From assembly GCA_963817955.1 (NCBI GenBank), contig CAWFQK010000004.1, positions 640,001-704,000 of the forward strand: DNA of 64,000 bases, in the 5' to 3' direction. The translations under genes were made by a program, and so were the position numbers. Below the pieces are notes generated by a model. It made no database searches. It worked only from the letters and a program-made list of their open reading frames with translations, and was not told the origin of the DNA. Origin of the DNA: an uncultured Gemmatimonadaceae bacterium. Its GTDB lineage: Bacteria > Gemmatimonadota > Gemmatimonadetes > Gemmatimonadales > Gemmatimonadaceae. This document shows, one piece after another, positions 52,497-62,644 of this stretch; the first letter of the stretch is position 1, and each line of letters begins with the position of its first letter.

Positions 52497-53747
52497 TCAC
52501 GCGACGCGCCGGCCGCCAAGCGCCTCGCGCGCGAGGGCCGCGCATTCGGCGACGATCGTCGTCACGCCGAATTGCCGCGCGCCCATCCCCTCTCCCGTCG
52601 TGGGATTGAAGTATTCTCGAAAGCCTGAGCGCCGAACGAGGTGCGCCGTGCGATCGATGAGATGTGTGGCTTCGGCTTCGCAGCCGAGGCGAATGAGCCC
52701 GCGGAGAATGAACCACGTCGCGAACAGCCAGGTCGGACCGCGCCAGTAGCGTTCCATCCAGAGATAGCGTGTGTCGCCGGGGATGAAGCTCGGCTCCGTT
52801 GCGGCGGTGCTCGGAACCGGGTACCGGAGCCAGAAGCGTTCGGGATTCACCAAATGCTCATGAACCATTCTGCCCCCGATCTCGACGGGCAGGTTGGCGA
52901 TCGCCAGTGGCGCCAGGCCCGTCCACGTACTCACGCCGAGCTGTTCGCCATTGGGGCCCTGCGCGAAAAAGAATCCCGCCTTCGCATTGAATAGCCGTTC
53001 GACCAGCGCGTGCGTCAACTCCTCGGCCCGGCGCGCCGCGCCCGGGGCGCCAAGGCGCGCGAGCCCTTCCCAGCCGAGGATCCAGGCGGTGTTCACCAGG
53101 ACGTCCGTGGCGTGAAAGCCGCCGTCGGCAACGACGCGCCGATAGTTGTAGCCGCGCCGCCGGTTGAAGCGTTGGAGTGCGAGGAACCCCAGCTTCGGGT
53201 GGCTTCTCCAGCCGAGTGGCGCGTCGTACGTGGGGGACGCATCGAGCCCCGTTTCATCAGGTTGCAGAATTCCGATGAGGCCGTCAGCATCGGCGCGCTC
53301 GCGATCGAGATACTGGTGGAATCGCAGCAGCGCCGCGCGTCCCTCGTCGGCAAAGCTGGCATCGCCCGCGCGCTCGGCGACCTCGGCCCAGACCCACGCG
53401 AGCAGCGGCGGCTGAATGGTTGCCGTCTGGAACGCGTGACGATCGAGCATGTTGTACGTGAACGCGCGCATCAGCCGACAGGGCCCATGCCAGAAGGTGG
53501 TGTGCCCGATCAGACCCGATTGTTGTTGCGCTGCTGCGAGCGTCCGCAGCTCTCGCATGGCGCGACGAGCGTCGAACCGACTCCACGCGAGCGCATGGAA
53601 GCACGAGTCCCAGAAGAACTGGTCGGGATACTTGCTCGAGTCCGGACACGTGTAGCCGAACTCGACGCCGCGATCAGTGCGGCCCTCGCGCCAATTGCGC
53701 TCGAGCACAGACCTGGCGCCAGCGAATACTTCGGAATAGCGGTCCAC
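52497..53747 (-). CDS. GH63/MGH1-like (alpha/alpha)6 glycoside hydrolase
   Basis: KYPDQFFWDSCFHA, IQPP, ETGLDASP, YWRGPTW, GFREYFNP.TGEG.G. Confidence 0.88.
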   Translation of the reverse strand: MDRYSEVFAGARSVLERNWREGRTDRGVEFGYTCPDSSKYPDQFFWDSCFHALAWSRFDARRAMRELRTLAAAQQQSGLIGHTTFWHGPCRLMRAFTYNMLDRHAFQTATIQPPLLAWVWAEVAERAGDASFADEGRAALLRFHQYLDRERADADGLIGILQPDETGLDASPTYDAPLGWRSHPKLGFLALQRFNRRRGYNYRRVVADGGFHATDVLVNTAWILGWEGLARLGAPGAARRAEELTHALVERLFNAKAGFFFAQGPNGEQLGVSTWTGLAPLAIANLPVEIGGRMVHEHLVNPERFWLRYPVPSTAATEPSFIPGDTRYLWMERYWRGPTWLFATWFILRGLIRLGCEAEATHLIDRTAHLVRRSGFREYFNPTTGEGMGARQFGVTTIVAECAALAREALGGRRVA

Positions 53748-53974
53748 AGTGACGACGACCCGACTCGGACGCCGATCAGAAAAGCATGGATCGGGCCGCT
53801 CGTGGATGAAGCGACGAAACGCCCGGAGCGTTCTTCGCCGGGTTTGCTCGTCGCGATCTGTGACGCGCGCGATCGATCTGTGCACGCCGCTGTTGTAACC
53901 CTGCTGTAAGGCGCGGGAGCTACTGTGCAATTTGTCCCAACTCGCCCCAGGGTCCACGCCGATCCATCTGCTCG

Positions 53975-56419
53975 ATGCTCTGTTCCGCCGTTCGCCAATT
54001 CACGCGTCTTTTTCTCGTCCTTCTGCTCCCATTCACCGCCGTCGGTGCCCAATCGGCTGACGCGAGAGGGATCCATGGCCGCGTGGTGCACGCCGTTTCG
54101 GGGGCGGCGATTGCCTCCGCCATGGTCGACGTCGCTAACGTCGCCACCGGTACTCCGGTCGGCCGCGTCACCAGCACCGCCGACGGCACCTTCCGTCTCC
54201 CTGGACTCTCGTCCGGCCAGTATCGCGTGACCATCCGCGCGCTTGGGTTCGCGCCGAAGACGCTGCCGGTCGTCGTGCTTACGGCGGTGCGTCCCTATGC
54301 CGACCTCGGCAACGTGGCCCTCGCAGAGATCCCGCTCCAGCTCCAGACGCAGGCGGTTACCGCACAGCGCGATGAAGTGCAGATCCAACCAGACCGCACG
54401 ACCTATGTCGTGCGTGACATGCCCACGACCAAGGGAGGTACGGCGCTCGACGTTCTGCGCAATCTCCCCGCCATCGACGTCGACATCGACAACAATGTCA
54501 GCCTCCGCGGCAACACTGGCGTCGTGATCCAGATCAATGGTCGACCGAGCGCGCTCAAGGCCGCGCAGCTCGGCAACTTCCTCGAACAATTGCCGGCGGA
54601 CGCGGTGGATCACGTCGAGATCATTCCGAATCCGTCGGCGCGCGACGATGCCGATGGCGTGGCGGGTATCATCAACATTGTCCTCAAGCAGAAGCCGGAT
54701 GCTGGCACGAGTGGCGCGGTCACTCTCGGGGCGGGCACGACCGGCCACCTCGACGCGGGGACGAACGGCGGGTGGCAACACGGCCCGCTCTCCGCGTACG
54801 GCAGCTACTCACTGGTGCGAGACAACAATCCGCGCTACGAGGATGTCTTCCGTCGGGAGTTGTACAACACACCGACCACCTACCTTCAAGAGAACGGTCT
54901 TCGGACGCAGATTCCGCTCGTCCACACCGTCACCGGCAACGCCACCTACCAGCCGAGTGACCGCGACGAGCTCTCGGCGGATGCGCTGTACAGTCAGCGC
55001 CGCGAGTGGGAGAAGTACGGCATCCTGTACAACACGCTCGACCCTGCATTCGCGCTTGCGGACGTCACCGACCGGCACTCCCAGGACGTCAATCACGAGG
55101 GAAGCGCCGAGGCTGCGATGAGTTACAAACACGGCTTCGCGGCGAAGGGTCACACGCTGTCCAGCGACCTTCGGTTCGAGGAGCACTTCGAGGGCGGCCC
55201 CACGGACATTTTCGACCGCGCACTCTGGCCACTGGGCGCGCTGCCTACGACCACCCTCCAGCAGACGCGCACGGTGTGGACGCACTCGAGCACCACGTCG
55301 CTCAAGCTCGACTATGTGCACCCGCTCGGCAGCGACCTGCGCTTCGAAACGGGGTACAAAGGCGATCTCGAGCGCATTCGCACGACGCAGGACGTGCAGG
55401 TCTTCGACGCCGTGCAATCGGGGATGATCACCGATCCCACACAGGCGAGCGACTTCGCTTACGACGAGTGGGTGCACGACGCCTACGGCATGTTCGTCGC
55501 GCACCGCGGCCCGGTGCAGCTCCAGGGTGGTCTGCGCGCCGAGCACGCAGCCGCGACGTTCGATCTGCGCACTCGCGGCACACGCTACGACAACCCGTAC
55601 AACAGCCTCTTTCCGAGCGGGCTCGTCTCGCTCGCGGTCGACGACGCGGATCAGATCAAGCTGTCATACTCGACGCGCATTCGCCGCCCTGACGATCCCG
55701 ATTTGCTCGACCCGACTCCGCACGCGCTCGACGCGCTGAACATCTCAGTCGGCAATCCCTATCTGCGGCCCGAGTACATCCGCGCTTTCGAGCTGGGATT
55801 TCAGCGCACCGGCGATCGCGTGACGATGCAGCTGACGCCGTTCTATAGACATTCGCTGAACGCCGTCCGCGGGATTCGCACGATCGACACCGCTGGCGTC
55901 ACGACGCGCAGCTACGCCAACATTGCCACGACCGACGCCGCCGGCACGGACGCCACGCTGTCACTCGGCGGCGGAGGGCGGGTCAGCGGATTCATTGGCG
56001 GCACCGCCTTTCAGCAGCACAGTAATGCCGGCAATCTCGACCCGACGGTGTCGGCGAGTACGTTCGGCTGGAGCATTCGAACCAACACCGCGTTTCGCGT
56101 TTCGTCGACCGTCGATGCGCAGGCGCTCGTTTCCTACGTCGGGCGAACGACGGTCGAACAGGGATGGAACGCGGCGCGTACGCGCGTCAGCTTCGGCGTG
56201 CGTGACAAGCTCCTGGCCGATCGCCTGAGCCTCACGCTGCGCGTGATCGACCCGTTCAGCACCGCGCGCGAGTGCTCGGCGACAATCGATCCGGCATTCA
56301 CGCAGATCAACAACCGCACGCGCGTCATCCGCGGCCTGCAGCTCAGCGCCACGTGGACGTTCGGCCGGCCGCGGAAGAAAGGCGAGGACCAGATCGACCT
56401 CGAGACGAGCGGACCGTAG
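53975..56419 (+). CDS. TonB-dependent receptor-like outer-membrane protein with N-terminal carboxypeptidase-regulatory-like domain
   Basis: Signal peptide; plug region ALDVLRNLP..VEIIPNPSAR.DADG..GIINIVLK; GNPYLRPE. Confidence 0.9.
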   Translation: MLCSAVRQFTRLFLVLLLPFTAVGAQSADARGIHGRVVHAVSGAAIASAMVDVANVATGTPVGRVTSTADGTFRLPGLSSGQYRVTIRALGFAPKTLPVVVLTAVRPYADLGNVALAEIPLQLQTQAVTAQRDEVQIQPDRTTYVVRDMPTTKGGTALDVLRNLPAIDVDIDNNVSLRGNTGVVIQINGRPSALKAAQLGNFLEQLPADAVDHVEIIPNPSARDDADGVAGIINIVLKQKPDAGTSGAVTLGAGTTGHLDAGTNGGWQHGPLSAYGSYSLVRDNNPRYEDVFRRELYNTPTTYLQENGLRTQIPLVHTVTGNATYQPSDRDELSADALYSQRREWEKYGILYNTLDPAFALADVTDRHSQDVNHEGSAEAAMSYKHGFAAKGHTLSSDLRFEEHFEGGPTDIFDRALWPLGALPTTTLQQTRTVWTHSSTTSLKLDYVHPLGSDLRFETGYKGDLERIRTTQDVQVFDAVQSGMITDPTQASDFAYDEWVHDAYGMFVAHRGPVQLQGGLRAEHAAATFDLRTRGTRYDNPYNSLFPSGLVSLAVDDADQIKLSYSTRIRRPDDPDLLDPTPHALDALNISVGNPYLRPEYIRAFELGFQRTGDRVTMQLTPFYRHSLNAVRGIRTIDTAGVTTRSYANIATTDAAGTDATLSLGGGGRVSGFIGGTAFQQHSNAGNLDPTVSASTFGWSIRTNTAFRVSSTVDAQALVSYVGRTTVEQGWNAARTRVSFGVRDKLLADRLSLTLRVIDPFSTARECSATIDPAFTQINNRTRVIRGLQLSATWTFGRPRKKGEDQIDLETSGP

Positions 56420-56485
56420 AGGCGGGCGCGCGAGCGTCGAAGGCTCACACTGCCTGATCCCCGTCGCCTGATCCCTCGCCTATCT

Positions 56486-56575
56486 CGGCGCCTTCAAGGT
56501 GAATCCGAGCACCTGTTGAAATGGGGGCGTTCTTCTGCGCATGAACGTGTCGATGTAATGGTGCATCAGCCTCTG
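56486..56575 (+). repeat. collapsed duplicate of the 3' end of the 58894-61278 receptor gene
   Basis: Three joined blocks matching 61077-61103, 61196-61218 and 61255-61295. Confidence 0.85.
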
Positions 56576-57369
56576 CGGCGACGATAGGTCGCCGCGAGCA
56601 CCCCTGCACCAATCAGGATCATGAGTGACGACAGCAATTGTCCCATGCTGAATGGCCCGACGACGAACCCGAGTTGCACGTCCGGCTGCCGCGTGAACTC
56701 GACGAGGAAGCGGATGATCCCGTAGCCGATCAGGAACGCACCGCCGAGCAGGCCGGGGCGGTACCAGCCGCGCCGCGCGCTCCAGCGTTCGAGCATGGCG
56801 AGGACGATGAACAACAGCACTCCTTCCAGCAATGCTTCATAGAGCTGTGAAGGGTGCCGCGGGATGTGGAGTGGATCCGTCGGAAAGACCATCGCCCATG
56901 GCACGTTGGTCGCGCGGCCATACAGCTCACCGTTGATGAAATTGCCCAGGCGGCCGAAGAACAGGCCGGGTGGGGCGGCGAGCGCGATCGTGTCGGCGAC
57001 CGTCCAGAACGGAAGGTGGTGTCGCCGCGCAAACAGCGCGGAGGCGATCGTCATGCCGAGCGCCGCGCCGTGGAAGGACAGTCCGCCGTGCCAGACAGCG
57101 AACGCGTCGAACGGATGCGCCGCGTAGTGCGCCGGATCGTAGATGAACACGTAGACGAGTCGCGCGCCGAGAAGCATGCCGACCACCAGGTAGGCGACCA
57201 GTGAATCGACAGCGGCCTCGCTGAACGGCACCATGCCCCGGCGTACGCGCCGCCGCGCGATCACGATGCCCACGACATAGCCGATGATGTACATCACGCC
57301 GTACCAGCGAACGGCGAACGGCCCGGCCCGGACGATGTCGGGCGGGATGCGCGGGTATGGTATGGTCAT
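56566..57369 (-). CDS. lgt: prolipoprotein diacylglyceryl transferase
   Basis: VRWYGVMY, GARLVYV, GGLSFHG, GRLGNFINGELYGR, RHPSQLYE, EFTRQPD. Confidence 0.97.
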   Translation of the reverse strand: MTIPYPRIPPDIVRAGPFAVRWYGVMYIIGYVVGIVIARRRVRRGMVPFSEAAVDSLVAYLVVGMLLGARLVYVFIYDPAHYAAHPFDAFAVWHGGLSFHGAALGMTIASALFARRHHLPFWTVADTIALAAPPGLFFGRLGNFINGELYGRATNVPWAMVFPTDPLHIPRHPSQLYEALLEGVLLFIVLAMLERWSARRGWYRPGLLGGAFLIGYGIIRFLVEFTRQPDVQLGFVVGPFSMGQLLSSLMILIGAGVLAATYRRRRG

Positions 57370-57479
57370 TGGTAGTCAGTCATCTCCGCGGTCCGCGGTG
57401 CGCCGCGCTGTACACGCATCGCGACGCGCGGCGTTTCGAGGCGATGCCGGGAGAAGGCATTAGCGATTGGAGCGCCTTC

Positions 57480-57896
57480 CTAATCCGTTCGGTTGTTTCG
57501 TTCCGGCCACTTGACGCTCGGATCGAAGATACCCGCAGTGACCGGATTCGCCATTGCTTCGCGAGTAAAGCGCCGATTCAGATAGAACGCGGCAACGGCG
57601 AGCACGACCCCAAGTGGTATGATGAAGAGCGATGCGACCTGGCCGAATGTCATCATCGTCGCATGCCCGCCCGGCAGCGTTACCAGAATGTCGGGCACGA
57701 CTCGGCCGTAGCGGTAACGGCGCCCCATTCCGGTGAGGCTGACGAGGCCGAGGAGGCTCAGGGAGAGGCCAATGTTGATGGCGGCTCGTGAAGAGCTGAT
57801 TCGCGATTTCGCGGTTGCTTGAAGAACAGCCTCGGCGGCAGTGCGTGGCCGGGCGCGGTTTTGGTCGGACGACGGACGGGTTGGATCGAATGACAT
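57480..57896 (-). CDS. hypothetical membrane protein (2 TM)
   Basis: Two hydrophobic segments; start uncertain. Confidence 0.5.
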   Translation of the reverse strand: MSFDPTRPSSDQNRARPRTAAEAVLQATAKSRISSSRAAINIGLSLSLLGLVSLTGMGRRYRYGRVVPDILVTLPGGHATMMTFGQVASLFIIPLGVVLAVAAFYLNRRFTREAMANPVTAGIFDPSVKWPERNNRTD

Positions 57897-58119
57897 GACA
57901 GATGATGGGAGCCTTCGACAGCGCTGGCAAGAGCGGACCATACCCACACAGCTATTGACCCATCGCGATCAGTGCAGCCGCCCAATGCGAAAACACTCTC
58001 GCCTGCCCCTTGGCCTGGTGGCTAAATGATCACGCGTTCGTCGTTCGTCAACGCATCAAGCGTGACGGCCGAATTGCGGTCACGGCTTCCGATCTGCGCC
58101 GGCGAGAAATCGCTCGCGC

Positions 58120-58202
58120 TGTGACAGAACACCGCGAGAGACGCTGAAGATCGCCGTGTTGGCTCCGACGCCGAGCGCGATGAGCGTGATCACGCCCGCG
58201 GC
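58120..58202 (-). pseudogene. fragment of a MacB/ADOP-type ABC permease N-terminus
   Basis: VITLIALGVGANTAIFSV..GVL matches the TLALGIGANTAIFS signature; the frame stops soon after. Confidence 0.65.
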
Positions 58203-58422
58203 GCAAGACGCGTGGAGAGCGCGATCAACCACGGGGCGGTGCACCCGGCGTGCGTGGCAGCGATCGACGTCGCGCTGGATCGCCTGCATCAGGTGCCGCG
58301 ATCCTCCCTGTCCCAGGGCGAGCGCTCCGTCGATGCTCGCGCGCGGGCTGTGGTGACGCTGCAGGATCGCGCCGCGAGGGCGTCGCAGGCGGGTGCTTGA
58401 CCGGCCGGGTAAGTTCACGGAT

Positions 58423-58779
58423 ATGTTCAGGCCGCTCCGTCGCCGTTGGCTCGTGCTCGGTATCGCTCTCCTGCAGCTCGCGCTGCCTGGAGCGCTGTCG
58501 ATCGCCGACGGAGTACTTGCGCGCGACGAAGGCGCCGGCAGCCCGGTACACGTCGAGGACCATTCGTCCTCACATTGCCATCGTGCCCACACCGAGGATT
58601 GCGCGCTGTGTCGCACGATCGGCAGCGGGGCAACGGTGCCACGGCGCCTACCGCTTCCGCTCTACCTGCGGCGCCTGGTGTACGCATGGTCTACTGTCGC
58701 GATCGCGAGCGGCCGGCCAGGCGAACGCCACCAGCCGCCCTGTCGAGCGCCGCCCGCTCTGGTCCTCGGACTCGCCTAA
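58423..58779 (+). CDS. DUF2946-like exported leader protein with CxxC and C-terminal RAPP
   Basis: Signal-like N-terminus, H-rich HVEDHSSSHCHRAH, CALC, PPCRAPPA near the C-terminus; directly upstream of a TonB receptor. Confidence 0.78.
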   Translation: MFRPLRRRWLVLGIALLQLALPGALSIADGVLARDEGAGSPVHVEDHSSSHCHRAHTEDCALCRTIGSGATVPRRLPLPLYLRRLVYAWSTVAIASGRPGERHQPPCRAPPALVLGLA

Positions 58780-58893
58780 CCTCGCGCCGAAAGGCGCGGC
58801 GAGTTCGCACGCACATCCCCCATGCATCGCACGCCTCACGCTTCCGTGAGTCGCGACGGCGCATCCGCTTTGGACCAAGCACCCATACTTCCT

Positions 58894-61278
58894 ATGACCA
58901 CGCAATTCCGCCGCGTGGCGCGCTTCGCGCGCGCCACCGCGGTTGTCCTGGCGACCGCACTCGCCTGGGCGCTGGGCAATTCCACCTCCGCGCGCGCGGC
59001 CACGCTGGACCGCGCCAGACTCGCGACTGGCGACGTCAGCGGCACCGTCTCCGACAGCGCCTCGGGCCAGCCGCTCGCCGGCGTCGAGGTCACCGTTACG
59101 CAGACCGGGCGCACGATCGCCAACGCGCTATCCGACGACTTCGGCCGCTACACCGTGCACAACCTGCAGCCGGGCAACTACGATATCTCCGTGCACTTCA
59201 TCGGCTACCGGCCGTTGACGCGCGGGATCACGGTGCCGGTTGGCGGCGACGTGCCACGCACGGACTTCAAATTGGTGACCGTGGCGGTGAGCCTCACGGC
59301 CATGGAGGTTCACGCAGCCGTGCCGGTCGCGCTCGACACGCGCACGGGTGACCAGGTATTCAAGGAGAACGAATACCATGGCGCGCCCACGAACACGACA
59401 TCACAGATCCTCCAGCAATCCATGGCCGGTGCCGTGCGTGCGCCGACGGGCGAGGTGCACATCCGCGGCCAGCACGCCGAGTACACGTACTACATCGATG
59501 GCGTCCCGGTGCCTGCCGGCATCTCAGGCAGCCTCAATGAGCTGTTCGACCCGCAGGTGGTGAACCAGATCTCGTTCCAGACCGGCGGCTGGGACGCCGA
59601 GTACGGAAACAAGAACGCGGCCGTGGTGAACGTGCAGACGCGGATTCCGACCGGCGGCTTTCACGCGGACGGCTCGGGGTACGGTGGATCCTCCGGGGCC
59701 AAGGGCGGATCGCTCAACCTGAGCACGAACGAAGGCCGGCTCGGCGTATTCGTCTCCGGATCGTGGAGCGGCACCGACATGCGCCGCGAACCGATCATGT
59801 TCGACACGACGAACTTCACCCCGATCAACGTTCATAATCACGGCGAGGACGCGTTCGCGTTCGGAAAACTGCAATACTCCATCGGCACACGCGACGTCAT
59901 GAACCTGGACATCAACGTCACGCAGACCCGCTTCCAGATCCCGTTCGATACGACCGGCGGCGTCTTACAGGACGACCAGGAGCGCGACCGAAATGGCTTC
60001 GCGAATCTCGCATGGCGCCACCAGTTTGGCGATTCGACCGACGTGACCCGCGAGCGCGGTGAGTTGTTCGCGGGGGCGTTCGTGCGCTATGGGAGTCTCG
60101 ACTACTATCCGGGGCCAAGCGATCAACCGCAGTTCATCTTCTTCCCCGACACGACCCCGTATAACCTCCGCGAAGCGCGGAATTTCACGACCAGCGGGCT
60201 CAAGATCGACTACCTGTTCCGGCCGACGCACGCGCTCGAGACCAAGATCGGCGTGCTCGCGCAGGCTACGACGGGCCACGAACACTTCCAGACCACTAAT
60301 GCGCAGGGGCTAGCCGGCCCGGGATCGAACTCCGGCCTCACGGGCAGCGACGTGGGCGAGTACGCACAGATCGCCTGGACGCCAGTGGAAAAGTTCGAAC
60401 TGCGGACTGGCATGCGATACGACGCGCACACCGCACCGTTCGCCGGCACACGCACGCAGCTATCGCCCCGCGTCCGCTTCAATTTCTATCCGACACCGCA
60501 GACCTCATTCTATCTGTACTACGGCCGTCTCTTCATCCCCACCAACGTAGAAGACCTGCGCGCCATCACGAGCGTGGCGCAGGGAGGTACGACCGCCGAA
60601 CCAACCATCCCGGAGCGCGACAATTTCTACGAAGGCGGATTGATTCACCGGTTCGGGGAGGGTGGCTTGGTGGGCAAGCTCTCGGCGTACCACAAGGAGA
60701 GCACGCCCGGCATCGACGACAATACCATTCCGGGCTCGGCCATCGTCACGTCGGTCAACGTCGCGCAAATACACATCACCGGTCTCGAAGGCGTGCTCGA
60801 AGTGCGACCCAACGGGCCCTTCTCCGGCTATCTGAACGTGGCGCTCAACCACGCCTACGGACACGGGCCGATTACAGGCGGCTTCTTCCCGGCGGAAACG
60901 CCGCAGGGCAACTTCGACCTGGACCACGACCAGCGGCTCTCGATCGTCGGCAATGGCACGTGGTCGGCGAACCGCTGGTTCGTGAGCGGCACGACGATCT
61001 ACGGCTCGGGTCTGCCCAACGGACGCGACCCGTCGGAGGATCCGAGCGCGTACGGCACCGGGTTGTTCGACTGGAACGGCGCCTTCAAGGTGAATCCGAG
61101 CACGATCGTCAACGCCAGCGCTGGCTACTCGTTCATCTCGGCGCGCGGTGTGGTGCGGCCGCAACTCTACATCGAGAACCTGTTCGACAGACACTACCTG
61201 TTGAAAGGGGCGTTTTTCAACGGCGCGTCCGTGGGACGGCCGAGGAGCATTCAGCTGCGCATGAACGTGTCGATGTAA
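58894..61278 (+). CDS. TonB-dependent receptor
   Basis: Signal peptide, carboxypeptidase-regulatory-like domain, plug HIRGQH..YYIDGVP..TGGWDAEYG, C-terminal ENLFDRHY..GRPRSIQL. Confidence 0.92.
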   Translation: MTTQFRRVARFARATAVVLATALAWALGNSTSARAATLDRARLATGDVSGTVSDSASGQPLAGVEVTVTQTGRTIANALSDDFGRYTVHNLQPGNYDISVHFIGYRPLTRGITVPVGGDVPRTDFKLVTVAVSLTAMEVHAAVPVALDTRTGDQVFKENEYHGAPTNTTSQILQQSMAGAVRAPTGEVHIRGQHAEYTYYIDGVPVPAGISGSLNELFDPQVVNQISFQTGGWDAEYGNKNAAVVNVQTRIPTGGFHADGSGYGGSSGAKGGSLNLSTNEGRLGVFVSGSWSGTDMRREPIMFDTTNFTPINVHNHGEDAFAFGKLQYSIGTRDVMNLDINVTQTRFQIPFDTTGGVLQDDQERDRNGFANLAWRHQFGDSTDVTRERGELFAGAFVRYGSLDYYPGPSDQPQFIFFPDTTPYNLREARNFTTSGLKIDYLFRPTHALETKIGVLAQATTGHEHFQTTNAQGLAGPGSNSGLTGSDVGEYAQIAWTPVEKFELRTGMRYDAHTAPFAGTRTQLSPRVRFNFYPTPQTSFYLYYGRLFIPTNVEDLRAITSVAQGGTTAEPTIPERDNFYEGGLIHRFGEGGLVGKLSAYHKESTPGIDDNTIPGSAIVTSVNVAQIHITGLEGVLEVRPNGPFSGYLNVALNHAYGHGPITGGFFPAETPQGNFDLDHDQRLSIVGNGTWSANRWFVSGTTIYGSGLPNGRDPSEDPSAYGTGLFDWNGAFKVNPSTIVNASAGYSFISARGVVRPQLYIENLFDRHYLLKGAFFNGASVGRPRSIQLRMNVSM

Positions 61279-61420
61279 TGACGCATCAGCCTCTGAGTGC
61301 GCGGTGCTCATGAGGCTGATGCTCGAGCGGCGGTTGGGGCGCGCAGGTCGGCATACGACGCCCCATACCGTCACTCACGCGGCGGTGAGACCGCGAGCCG
61401 CGCCCGAACGAGGCGGGGGA

Positions 61421-62644
61421 CTATGCCGCGTGCCGCGCCAGCAACTCCCGAAAGGCCGCGAAGATCTTCCGCATGTTCGGCGCCTTGTACGGGAACATCT
61501 CCTGCGAGTCCATGTCGTGAACGACCATGGCCGTTCCCGCTTCGAAGATGAGCAGCTCGCCGTCCCGGGTCTCCGCGCAGTCGAGGGTGATGTACTCCAG
61601 CGACCCGGTGCGCTCGTACAGCGCGGCCAGCGCTGCCGCGTGTCGCACGGCGAACACTTCGTCGAACGACGCGAAGGCTCGTGCCTCCTCGTCGCGCTTG
61701 GCGGCGTCCTGATCCATGTCCGCGTTGACGTAGTGCAGCATCCAATGCGCTGCAATCGCGACGTGACAGAGGAACGGCTTCCCCTCCACCAGTGCCACGC
61801 GATACTTGCGATAGAGCCCGTCGTGGAGCCGGTAGTCGACGAACGGCGCAAAAAAGAATGTCGTCGCTGGATGCCGGTCGAGGTACCCAGCGATCTCCGA
61901 TGGGGCGTCGAGACGTTCCAGCCCATGACCACCGTGAGAGTCCAGTGGACGCAGCAAGAACGGGAACTCGGCTGGACGCGGCAGCCCCGGCACCGCGAGG
62001 CTCCCCTGCGCCAACGCGGCGACCTCGCCGCGCTCCATGAGGACCGTGGGCGGAATGCAGACACCCGGCGCGCCCTCCAGCAACCGCCAGAGGCGGTCCC
62101 GCTCCATGGATCGGATGCCCGCCGGCGCGAGCAGTACGGGACGAGGCCAGCTCGGAATCAGCCGATCCATCTGATCGAGAAACTCGGCGTTCGCATCCGA
62201 CTCGCACATCCCCACCATCGCGAGATCGTGCTCCGGCAGGTGGTCCGGCAGCGGCTGCCCGGGCAGCAAGTAGACCACGTCCAGCGTCACGTCGGAATGC
62301 ATCAGGAGGAAGGACACGGGAACGTTCGTCGCGATGTCGCCTGGCGCGACGAACAGCAACAGCCGGAGGCCGGGGCCGCTCCCCGTCGCCGGTGTCCGGA
62401 AGACCCGCTGCCGCCCAAGCGCTTGCGCCTGACGGGCCAGGCCTTTCTCCTTCTCTAATTTCATTTCGTAGATGAGGCCGAGGTCCAGCAACGCGCCCGC
62501 GTCCGACGGGTCGGCCGCGATGCGCTCCTCCAGCTCGGCGCCGAGTGCAGTGAGATCCTCGCCGTGAAAGACGCGATGGGCGAGCTGCGCCAGGCCGAGG
62601 ACGTGCGGCGGCCACGCCGACCCGGCCGAGGCCGTCGCGGTCAT
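61421..62644 (-). CDS. ATP-grasp (RimK/GshB-like) protein with a helical N-terminal region
   Basis: FPFLLRPLDSHGGHGL, FVDY, YRKYRV, LDCAET.DG.LLIFE; ATGA-coupled to the decarboxylase. Confidence 0.7.
   Translation of the reverse strand: MTATASAGSAWPPHVLGLAQLAHRVFHGEDLTALGAELEERIAADPSDAGALLDLGLIYEMKLEKEKGLARQAQALGRQRVFRTPATGSGPGLRLLLFVAPGDIATNVPVSFLLMHSDVTLDVVYLLPGQPLPDHLPEHDLAMVGMCESDANAEFLDQMDRLIPSWPRPVLLAPAGIRSMERDRLWRLLEGAPGVCIPPTVLMERGEVAALAQGSLAVPGLPRPAEFPFLLRPLDSHGGHGLERLDAPSEIAGYLDRHPATTFFFAPFVDYRLHDGLYRKYRVALVEGKPFLCHVAIAAHWMLHYVNADMDQDAAKRDEEARAFASFDEVFAVRHAAALAALYERTGSLEYITLDCAETRDGELLIFEAGTAMVVHDMDSQEMFPYKAPNMRKIFAAFRELLARHAA

Noticed and set aside
56486..61295. Diversity-generating retroelement template/variable repeat pair
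   Set aside because: The copy has large deletions, the differences are not confined to adenines, and no reverse transcriptase is present.
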